Shown here piece after piece: positions 19,348 through 28,200 of a stretch of 64,000 nucleotides of DNA; the first letter of the stretch is position 1; every line of letters starts with the position of its first letter. Below the pieces are notes generated by a model, which was given only the letters and a program-made list of their open reading frames with translations, had not been told where the DNA came from and ran no database searches. The DNA lies in NCBI GenBank assembly GCA_963668315.1, contig OY764216.1, positions 5,376,001 to 5,440,000 of the forward strand. Reading direction: 5' to 3'. A program made the position numbers and the translations under genes. The DNA is from Spirochaetia bacterium (GTDB taxonomy: Bacteria; Spirochaetota; Spirochaetia; DSM-2461).

Positions 19348-20529
19348 ATGGAAGAATCGGACTTTTCCCATAAATATTTTGCTCTTCATCTCGTCCAGTT
19401 CATCAAGGGAATTCAGCTCGGCAATTTCGAAGATTTTGAAGAGCAGTGCCGCATCCATCTGAACTTTTCCGGCGAATATTATGTCTGCTGTGTCGCCCAG
19501 GCGGACAGGGAACGGGAACCGCCCCCTTCCCCGGAGAGTCTTACGGCTCCTGTTTATCATCTCCTTTCCCGTGATTTCCCCCTTTATCACCTTCCCCTGA
19601 ATGATTTTCTATCCGTTTTCATCATCAATTTAAGGGAAGAGAAGGAGAAGCAGAAGCTTAAGGACTCGCTGGAAAAAAACATATCCGCCCTCCCACGCCC
19701 TCTCTATCTTGGATTGGGCCGGGTGCGGAAAGGCATGGGCGACATCTGGAAATCCTACAGCGACGGCATGACCGCTCTGGCGGAGAAGGGCAAAACCGAA
19801 TCCTGCTCTATTCTCGACTCCGACCTGATCGATATCACCTATACGGTCCGGTACGGTTTCTCCGAAGAAAAGAGAATCATCAACTTTCTCGGTGTACAGG
19901 ATAGGGAAAATCTTATGGACCTCCTTCATGAGATTGTCCGACGCAACCGGGAGTCCCATCTGTCCCATAAGCATATGAATATACTTTTCACCCAGCTCTT
20001 CAATACGGGCATACGCTTTGCCGCCGAACTGGGACTTGATATGAAGAAAGTTTCCTCCGAATGGGAGCAGAAACTGCTTTTCAATACGGATAACAGCGAA
20101 ATAACCGATTATGAGGAAAAACTGGGAATCCTGAAAATTTTCTTTGAGAGGATCATGTTCCTCTGCCGGAAAGATCTTCGGGAACCCGCCCAGGTTCTGG
20201 TCGAGCGGGTTGTCGATTTTGTCCGGGATAACTTCCATAATAATCTTTACCCCGAAAAGGTGGCCGCCCATCTTGGACTGTCCGCCAAGTATATCTCTCA
20301 CATCTTCAAGGAGCAGACGGGGATCTCCCTGATAGATCATATCAGCACAGAACAGATAGAGCATTCGAAATGTCTTCTCCTCCATACAAACGAAAATGTG
20401 GACGATATCGGAAAGAAAGTAGGCATAGCCAACAGGGTGACCTTCTACCGCCTCTTCGTGAAGCACGAAGGAATCAGCCCCAGCGCCTTCAGGAAAAAGG
20501 CTCCCCCCTTTGTCAGGGGATGCCGATAA
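19348..20529 (+). CDS. AraC-family transcriptional regulator, possibly N-terminally truncated
   Basis: C-terminal double HTH (VAAHLGLSAKYISHIFK, FYRLF..EGISPSAFR) after a GGDEF-like region; start unclear (track ORF opens at 19159). Confidence 0.75.
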   Translation: MEESDFSHKYFALHLVQFIKGIQLGNFEDFEEQCRIHLNFSGEYYVCCVAQADREREPPPSPESLTAPVYHLLSRDFPLYHLPLNDFLSVFIINLREEKEKQKLKDSLEKNISALPRPLYLGLGRVRKGMGDIWKSYSDGMTALAEKGKTESCSILDSDLIDITYTVRYGFSEEKRIINFLGVQDRENLMDLLHEIVRRNRESHLSHKHMNILFTQLFNTGIRFAAELGLDMKKVSSEWEQKLLFNTDNSEITDYEEKLGILKIFFERIMFLCRKDLREPAQVLVERVVDFVRDNFHNNLYPEKVAAHLGLSAKYISHIFKEQTGISLIDHISTEQIEHSKCLLLHTNENVDDIGKKVGIANRVTFYRLFVKHEGISPSAFRKKAPPFVRGCR

Positions 20530-20573
20530 CCGGCTTAACAGAAATTCTCCTACTTCCCGAACCGGGGATTAAT

Positions 20574-20602
20574 TTGAGATTCCCCTTTTTATTCACTATA
20601 AT
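20574..20602 (+). promoter_or_regulatory. sigma70-type promoter of the mtaC operon
   Basis: TTGAGA(20574-20579)-N17-TATAAT(20597-20602) in an AT-rich spacer; AAAGGAG RBS before the GTG at 20635. Confidence 0.7.
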
Positions 20603-20634
20603 TAATTATTAGTAGCATAATAAAGGAGAAAGGA

Positions 20635-21381
20635 GTGGGAACGACCGAATCCCCTCAGAGTTTCAACCGCTATGATCTCATTCTCGAAGGGGAGAAAGAA
20701 GTAAAGCATACCCTTTCGAAGGATCCCGTATTCCAGCAGATCGCCCTTGAAGTCGTCAACGGAGACGAATTAAAAATCCTTGATGTGGTTTCCGCCTCCC
20801 TGAAAATAAAGACTCCCCAGGAGGTTATCAGCAAAGGACTCATTGTCGGCATGGATGAAGTCAGCCGCCTCTGGGCCGAAGGCTCCTATTTCCTTCCCCA
20901 GGTGATACTCTCCTCGGACACCATGCTGGCAGGCATAGCACTCTGCGAAAGGGAAATGGGAAAGTCCAGCGAGAAGAAAGGCCTGATTCTTTCCCACGTG
21001 GCGGAGGGGGATATCCATGACATCGGGCAGATGATTGTCAATTCCATACTCCAGGCCGCCGGTTACGAAGTGATTAATCTGGGGGTGGATGTTCCGGTGG
21101 ATCAGGTGGTTCAGGCCTGCCTTTCCTACCGTCCCCTGCTCCTGATGGGCTCGGCCCTTATGACGACCACCATGAGCGCCTTCCCGCGTATCGCCGCGAA
21201 ACTCCAGAGTCTGGACAGGCAGATTCCCTTCCTCTGCGGCGGAGGGGCTGTCAATGATGAATTTGTGAACAGCTTTGATCTGGGAATCTGGGGCAAAGAT
21301 CCCAACTGGGCGGTCGGTATGGCCGATGATGCGCTGAAAGGGCTCTCCTGGCAGCAGATCAGAAAAAAGTGGAATTCCTGA
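20635..21381 (+). CDS. mtaC: Methanol-type corrinoid protein
   Basis: B12 cap domain plus HVAEGDIHDIG (DxHxxG), ALMTTTM.AF and IPFLCGGGAVN, closely resembling Methanosarcina MtaC as I recall it. Confidence 0.88.
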   Translation: MGTTESPQSFNRYDLILEGEKEVKHTLSKDPVFQQIALEVVNGDELKILDVVSASLKIKTPQEVISKGLIVGMDEVSRLWAEGSYFLPQVILSSDTMLAGIALCEREMGKSSEKKGLILSHVAEGDIHDIGQMIVNSILQAAGYEVINLGVDVPVDQVVQACLSYRPLLLMGSALMTTTMSAFPRIAAKLQSLDRQIPFLCGGGAVNDEFVNSFDLGIWGKDPNWAVGMADDALKGLSWQQIRKKWNS

Positions 21382-21396
21382 CAGGGAGGCTAAGGC

Positions 21397-22767
21397 ATGA
21401 AATTATCCAGCACGATGGCCTATGACAGCGCGGATGAAATGATATTCGGTTCCTGCCGATCACCCCTGACAACGCGCAGGGGGCTCAGAATAGGGAGCGG
21501 CATGGTTATCCCCGAGATAGTGGTACATCCCCGGCCGGGCAGAGAAGCGACTCTGAAAGATCTGATCCGCGAATATGAACGGGCCTATGAAGAGGCGCTG
21601 ACCCGATGCGTTTCCATCGGAATCCCCCAGGTCTGCCTGGAAGTCGAGCATGTCATCCAGATGACCCAGAAGCCCGACTGGGGGGAGGAGATCGCCTCAG
21701 CCATCGCCGCGCTGACCGACTCCTACAGGGAGAGATACGGGATCACCGCCGCCTGCAAATTCACCATTGCCGATGTCCGTCGTCCCGCCCTCGGCCATAT
21801 GAGAGAGTCGGAACGGGCGGAGGAAGTGCTGGATTCCTTCAGGCGTAACGCCCCATTCGCCGATATACTGGCCATTGAATCCCTGGGGGGCAAGGAGATA
21901 TTCGATCACTGCATTATCCGCAATGACATCAAAGGCATGCTCTTCGCCCAGGCCGTGCTGGGGGGAAGGGACATGGAGTGGCTCTGGCCCCGGATTGTCG
22001 AAATAGCCCGGGAAAACGGCAGCCTTCCCGGCGGGGATACAAGCTGCGCCCATGCGAATACGGCCATGTTCATGGCCGGAGGCTACCTAAGCAGGCAGAT
22101 CCCCCATACCCTGGCGACCCTTTCCCGCGCCATCAGTGCGGGTAACACCCTGGTAGCCTATGAGTGCGGGGCCACGGGGCCGGGAAAAAACTGCGCCTAC
22201 GAAAATCCCATAATAAAAGCGGTCACCGGCGTCTCCATCTCCTGCGAGGGAAAGAGCAGCGCCTGCGCCCACTCCGATTTCTGCGGCAATCTGATCGGAG
22301 CCGTATGCGATCTCTGGTCAAATGAAGCGGTGGAGTTCCACTCCATGTTCGGGGGAACTTCGGCCGCGGTATTTACGGAGATACTGGGTTACGATACCGC
22401 CCTGATGAATTCGTCCATCAATCTGGGACTCGACCATCAGCTTAAGGCCAGCATGATCCATTCGGACCGTCTGCGCGATCCGCAGAGCTACATACTCTCC
22501 CCCGATATCGCCTGGAAAATCGGCAAAACCATAACGGAAAATTCCGAAAGCTATTACGCCAGATCCCGGGCCGCCGCCCTGAAAGGCGGAGAGCTGATTC
22601 TTGAAGAACCCCAGCTGGCTCTGACCGAATACGAAAAGAGTGCCCTGACGGGATATTTGAAGATTCTGGAAAATCTCCCCGGTGACCAGGAGAATTTCAT
22701 AGACCTCTGCCTCCATGATTATGCCGGAGTCAAAGGTTTCAGAAAAGAATCCTACGGATTTGATTAG
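21397..22767 (+). CDS. mtaB: Methanol:corrinoid methyltransferase
   Basis: MAYDSADEMIFG, IESLGGKE, GGDTSCAHANTAMF, GATGPGKNCAYEN, EGKSSACAHSD, DLWSNE; the putative Zn ligands Glu/Cys/Cys are present. Confidence 0.92.
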   Translation: MKLSSTMAYDSADEMIFGSCRSPLTTRRGLRIGSGMVIPEIVVHPRPGREATLKDLIREYERAYEEALTRCVSIGIPQVCLEVEHVIQMTQKPDWGEEIASAIAALTDSYRERYGITAACKFTIADVRRPALGHMRESERAEEVLDSFRRNAPFADILAIESLGGKEIFDHCIIRNDIKGMLFAQAVLGGRDMEWLWPRIVEIARENGSLPGGDTSCAHANTAMFMAGGYLSRQIPHTLATLSRAISAGNTLVAYECGATGPGKNCAYENPIIKAVTGVSISCEGKSSACAHSDFCGNLIGAVCDLWSNEAVEFHSMFGGTSAAVFTEILGYDTALMNSSINLGLDHQLKASMIHSDRLRDPQSYILSPDIAWKIGKTITENSESYYARSRAAALKGGELILEEPQLALTEYEKSALTGYLKILENLPGDQENFIDLCLHDYAGVKGFRKESYGFD

Positions 22768-22776
22768 GAGGGCGGC

Positions 22777-24414
22777 ATGTCAATCGGGATTGCTTTGGAT
22801 ATGGGAACAAGCGGGATCAGGTCGAGAGCCCTGGATCTTGAGTCGGGAGTCTGCCTCTCCGAAGCCTTCTCCACGGGGAATCCGATTCCCGGAACCAATC
22901 TGATGGCCCATCTCCAGTTCGCCCTTGAATCAGGCTCCGATAGGGCCAGGAATCTTCTTCTCGAAGGGGTGAACAGTATTATCGGACAACTGGGGGTGGA
23001 TCTGGGCAAAGTCACGAGAGTGGCGATAAACGGAAACCCCGCCGAGCTGTCCCTCCTCCAGGGGGAAGAGATTTATGACCTGGCCTATGCGGGCAGAAAT
23101 AAAGCGAGCCGCTATCTGAAGGACATCCCGGACAGGGACGGAACGCAGATTCCCTCCGGTGAGTTCGGAGGGCTGAATGTCCCCGATTCCTGCCTGGTAA
23201 TCATTCCCCCGGCGTTAAGCCATTACATTGGGGCAGACGGCCTCTCCATGATTCTGCAGAGCGGAATTCTCAACGAAGAAGAGCCCTCTCTGGTAACGGA
23301 TTTCGGAGCCAATGCCGAAATGGCCCTCTACCATCGCGGGCGGGTCTATACCGCTTCCGCCGCCGCCGGTTCGACTCTGGAAAGCCGGCATCTGCCCCGG
23401 GGACGATCGGCCGGACCGGGCGTCGTCACGGATATCACGGGCTGTTCCGGGGATCTCTGGTCAGCCACGATCCTGGACGGGCAGATGATTCCTTTCGCAA
23501 GTGATCCCTTTGATATGCGCCGGAAGAGCCGGATAGATGAGGGGAAGGAGGACTTAAGGTGGATCAGCGGCTCCGGAGTGATCTCCCTTATTGCCGAGGC
23601 ACTTGATGCGGGGATACTGAAGCCTCCGGTTATCCGCAGTCCCGACGGTCTGCTCCATGTGGGTAACAGCATAACCCTGAGCGGAGAGGACTGCGTGGAG
23701 ACAGGCAAAGCCGTCGGTTCCATCAGAGCGGGCCATATGACCCTGTGCCGCCAAGCGGGAATAGGATACGGCGATATTCAATCGGTCTATATTGCCGGAA
23801 CCCTGGGGACGTATACCGATCCGGTAAAGGCGCAGAAAATCGGTCTGATCCCCCCGGGTGCCGAAAGAATTATCCGCGTCGGGAATACGTCCCTGAAAAT
23901 GGCCTGTTCCCTTCTTACGGATCCGGATCTTCTGGAGAGAATGCAGCAGTTTGCCCTCCGCATCCGTCCGGACTACTGCAGTCTCTCCGAATCGGATACG
24001 TTCAAGAAGATTTTCCTGCTGGAACTCTCCCACTGGTCGGAGGGGATGTCTCTGGACATATATCAGAAGCTGCTGGCAAGATATGGCTGCTCCGGAATTC
24101 CCCAAAGGACGGAAAATCCTTCGGTCGTGACTCCCGATTCGGAGGATGGGGAGGGGAACCATCCCCGCCGCAGCTCCCTTGTCACCCGATTCGGTCAGCT
24201 CCCTTCCTGCCCCGTGGCCGGCTGCACTTCCTGCGGAGTCTGTGTCGATCAGTGCCCCAAAGCGGCTCTGAGCCTTGATAAGGAGGGGGGGCCGTCGAAT
24301 CTGAAGCTGGACAGATCCCTCTGCCTGGGGGTGGCCTGCCGGAAATGCGAGCGGGTCTGTCCCGAACATGTCATGGAACTGGAGCCTTTTTTCCAGGCCG
24401 GAGGAGGAGCTTAA
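22777..24414 (+). CDS. ramA: ATP-dependent corrinoid reductive activase, RamA-type (ASKHA plus C-terminal 2x[4Fe-4S])
   Basis: GIALDMGTSG, GNP..LSLLQ..EI.DLAYAG, IGAD, TDFGANAEMAL, TASAAAG; C-terminal CTSCGVCVDQCP and CLGVACRKCERVCP. Confidence 0.88.
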   Translation: MSIGIALDMGTSGIRSRALDLESGVCLSEAFSTGNPIPGTNLMAHLQFALESGSDRARNLLLEGVNSIIGQLGVDLGKVTRVAINGNPAELSLLQGEEIYDLAYAGRNKASRYLKDIPDRDGTQIPSGEFGGLNVPDSCLVIIPPALSHYIGADGLSMILQSGILNEEEPSLVTDFGANAEMALYHRGRVYTASAAAGSTLESRHLPRGRSAGPGVVTDITGCSGDLWSATILDGQMIPFASDPFDMRRKSRIDEGKEDLRWISGSGVISLIAEALDAGILKPPVIRSPDGLLHVGNSITLSGEDCVETGKAVGSIRAGHMTLCRQAGIGYGDIQSVYIAGTLGTYTDPVKAQKIGLIPPGAERIIRVGNTSLKMACSLLTDPDLLERMQQFALRIRPDYCSLSESDTFKKIFLLELSHWSEGMSLDIYQKLLARYGCSGIPQRTENPSVVTPDSEDGEGNHPRRSSLVTRFGQLPSCPVAGCTSCGVCVDQCPKAALSLDKEGGPSNLKLDRSLCLGVACRKCERVCPEHVMELEPFFQAGGGA

Positions 24415-24415
24415 G

Positions 24416-25228
24416 ATGGCGGTACTGGGAATTATCACCTGCGAAATCCTCGGAGAGGAAATGGCCTCCCTTATCGCCGGCGAGCATGATCTCTCCTCTA
24501 TCACGATCATAGATGATCCCCAGGCGAAACACCTCATGGAAGCCCTTTCTCAGAGATGTGATACGCCGGTGCAGCCGATTCCCCATGTGTCCGCCTATCT
24601 CTCCTCCGGAACGGGATGGGAGATTCTCATAAAGGTAATGGAAGTCGGACTGCATACTCACAGGGAAAAGATGCGCCGGCGACTCCGCGGAGAAGCCCTG
24701 GCCTTCGAACGATATATAGATGCCCTGATGCTGGGTTTCGGCCTATGCGGCGGGGCGCTGACCCGTCCCGGGGAACTGCTTGACCTCCGCTGCCCCCTCT
24801 TTTTCCCCCGTGAGGGGGATTCTCCCCCGGCGGACTGCATTTCCATCTGCCTGGGAGGAGACGGGGAATATGAAAGGGAAAGGCGGCGGGAAGCGGGAAC
24901 CTATTATATAACGGCAGGCTGGAGCCGTTACTGGCGTGATGCCCTAGAACGGGAAACTGCGGTACGGAGGGAGCAGCTCTCTCCTTTTTTCGACCGCCGG
25001 ATCATGGCCCGCTACGAACGGATACTGGTCATAGACAACGGGGTGACTCCCCGGCCTCTCCTCATGGAAGGGGCCGAAAAGCTTTCACATCTGACGAATC
25101 TGGAGATTTGTGAAAGGAAAGGGTCCCTCTGCCGTCTGAGTGCCTGTTACCGGGAAGCCAGAGAGGCGGTTCAGGAGAGGAGCGGGGATTTGAGCGGCGT
25201 CCGCACCTATGATTTATCAAGGGGATGA
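24416..25228 (+). CDS. DUF1638-family protein
   Basis: LGIITCEIL..E, EVGLH, GFGLCGG, DCISICLGG, GTYYITAGW; GGAGGAG RBS; starts 1 nt after the ramA stop. Confidence 0.8.
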   Translation: MAVLGIITCEILGEEMASLIAGEHDLSSITIIDDPQAKHLMEALSQRCDTPVQPIPHVSAYLSSGTGWEILIKVMEVGLHTHREKMRRRLRGEALAFERYIDALMLGFGLCGGALTRPGELLDLRCPLFFPREGDSPPADCISICLGGDGEYERERRREAGTYYITAGWSRYWRDALERETAVRREQLSPFFDRRIMARYERILVIDNGVTPRPLLMEGAEKLSHLTNLEICERKGSLCRLSACYREAREAVQERSGDLSGVRTYDLSRG

Positions 25229-25229
25229 C

Positions 25230-28200
25230 ATGGATTTAGCCCAGGTAAAAATTCAGGACCTCCAGCTCGTTCACAAGGGAAAGATGTCCAGCATCTACCG
25301 GCTGGATAACGCAGAGGACGGGAGAACTGTGGCGCTGAAAATAACAAACAGCCTCTCCCCCCGCAGCGAAGAACCGGAAAGACTGGCAAATGAACTGAAT
25401 ATTTCCCGAAATTTTACCATCCCCGGTCTGCGAAAAGCCCTCGGATCGGGAAAGGTAGAAGGCCGATCAGCCATTGTCCTCGAGTGGGTGGAAGGGAAAA
25501 CCCTCAGGGAAATCTGCCCCGGGGGGCCGGATATTGATTATCTGAAAAAACTGACCATAGCCCGGAATGTCGCAGGAAACCTGACGGAGCTTCATAAACT
25601 CAATATTATCTATAAGAACCTTAACAGCGAAAATATCCTTGTGGCCGGGGACCTGAAAACAACCCTTATTGATTTTTCCCTCGCCGGCCACGGTTCACGG
25701 TCGTCCCTCCCCGTTCTTTCCGGAAAAAACGAGGGGGATTTTGCCTATACGGCTCCGGAACAGACGGGAAGGACGGACTTACCCATGGACTATCGGGCCG
25801 ACCTCTACTCCCTGGGAGTGCTGCTGTACGAGCTTTTCAGCGGAAAGCTGCCCTTCTCGGGAGAGAACGCCTACGAACTGATCTACGAACATATAACCCG
25901 AATCCCCAGGGAGCTTTACCTGGTGGACCGGGAACACCCCCGGGTTCTTTCCGATATTGTCATGAAACTTCTGAATAAAAATCCCGATGAGCGGTATCAG
26001 ACAGCCTACGGCGTATACAGCGATCTGGAAAACGCCCTCAAACAGTACATGGACAAGGGCTCGATAGACCCCTTTGAATTATGCCGCAACGATATATCCG
26101 GCCATCTTCTGACGGGAGAGAATCTATATGTCCGGGAGGAGAAACTGGAAGATCTTAAGAAAGCCTACGGGAAAGCCCTGTCGGGGAACCAGCAGGTCCT
26201 GCTGCTGACCGGTCCGGCAGGGACGGGCAAAACTCTACTTGTGAATGAATTTAAAAAAATCGTTCAGAAGAATAGAGGGATTTTCGTCTCAGGCTCTTTT
26301 GACCAGTATAAAAAACATGTGCTATTCAACGGCCTGAATCAGGCTCTGACAGCTCTTGTCGGCTCTCTCACCCGCTATGAATCGGATCGTCTTCAGAAGC
26401 TGGGCGACAAACTGCAGGAAGAGACACTCCTTATGACCGAACCGATGACGACTCTCTTCCCCCAGTTGAAGCCGCTGTTTTCCCGACGCCGCTCCCCCGG
26501 TTCTCCCGGCCCTTTCAGTGAGGAACGGCTCCTTTCGTCCGTTCACAGGGTTCTCTCCTTTCTGGCCCGTGAGTGCCGGCCCCTGGTCCTCTTTCTCGAC
26601 GATCTGCAATGGGCCGATTCCACCACGGTCAAACTGATAGAAGCCCTGATAGACGACAGAGACGGAGCTCCCCTGCTGTTCATCGGGGCCATGGACAATT
26701 CCGCGGCCCTTAGCGATGATTATAATAAATCACCGGATATCCTAAGGAAACTGACAGCCCATGCGTCCCTGATAACCATAGAGCTGGAGAACCTGGACCG
26801 CGGCTCGTTCATCAGCTTTCTCAAGGATATCCTTCTCCGGGAAGACAAAGAGATGCTGAGCCTGGCCGAAGATCTCTACGGGAAAACCGGCGGCAACCCT
26901 CAGCTTACCATCGACTATATCTACTCCCTCTACCGGGAAGGATCCCTCTATTTCGATTTCGAGGCCAGGATGTGGAGCTGGGATACCGGGGCCCTGGACG
27001 AAAAAAACGCCTTAGTCGATATATCCAGCACCACGTCCCATACACTGGAACAGCTCTCCCCTTCCTGTCGGGAACTGCTGACGGCGGCCTCCTGCATAGG
27101 AGACCGGTTCAGCCTCGACCTCCTTGCTTCCCTCAAAAAATGGGATATCAAGAGAATCAGAGACGATCTGGAGGAGGCCGTAAAAGCCTTCCTCATTGCC
27201 CCCGTTCAGCCCGAAGGCTACACTCCCGGCTCCCCTGAGGATCGGGAGGGCGAGTCACATATCTACCATTTCACCCATGCCTACATAAGAAGAATTGCCA
27301 ATGCCCTCCTTTCCTCCCGGGAAAAGCGCAGGCTCCATTTTTCCCTGGGGCAGAATTATCTCGAGGTGTACTCCCGGGATGAACTGGAAGCCCATCTGTT
27401 TGATGTAGCCGATCAGTTAAATGAGGGCTTTCAATATATAAAGAAGCCGGAAAAGCTCCGCGAACTGGCTGAATTGAACCTGAGGGCGGGAAAAAAGGCC
27501 CTCAGTTTCGGTCTCCATAAGTCAGCCACCAGATACCTGAATATGGGAGTCGGCCTCCTCCCCGTCAGCCGGTGGGAGACGGCCCCCGCGCTGTGCCTGG
27601 ATTTTTACCAGCAGATCCTGGAAGCGGAATATCTGAGCCAGAATTATTCCCGGGTTCTGACGATCGCCTCGGAACTTGAGTTCCACTCCCGCGACCCGGA
27701 GATTACACGGAAAATCCATAGATACAGAATACTGGCCTACTCGGCCCAGGGTGACTACAAGGAAGCGTTTCAATCATCCCTGAATGCTCTGGACTCCCTG
27801 GGGCTGCTGAACAGAGAGGATATTCCCCTGGCCTCCCTGTCCCGGACGATTACCCCGGTTCAGATGGATATGGTATCCATCATCAAGGCGACCCATACCC
27901 TCTCCAGGGAGATTCATCTGGAAAGCCTTCTGGAAAAATTCATCCTCATTGTCATGGAAAATGCGGGGGCCGACAAGGGGGTTCTCATCATCGAAGAGGA
28001 GGGAGAAATGAATATTCTCTGCCAGGCCAGCAGAGGGCCCGAGACGGAGATTACCCGAGAAAGAACTCCCTACAGGACCAGCGAGGCGGTTCCCCTGTCG
28101 GTGATTGACGCCGTCATCAACAGCAAGGAGGAAGTCATACTGGGAAATGCCCTTCATAACTCGACCCTTTCGGGAGACGACTACATAGCAAAGAATCAGG

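Noticed and set aside
20635..24414. Pyrrolysine-dependent methylamine methyltransferase system
   Set aside because: The methyltransferase is MtaB-type, with no in-frame TAG and no pyl genes
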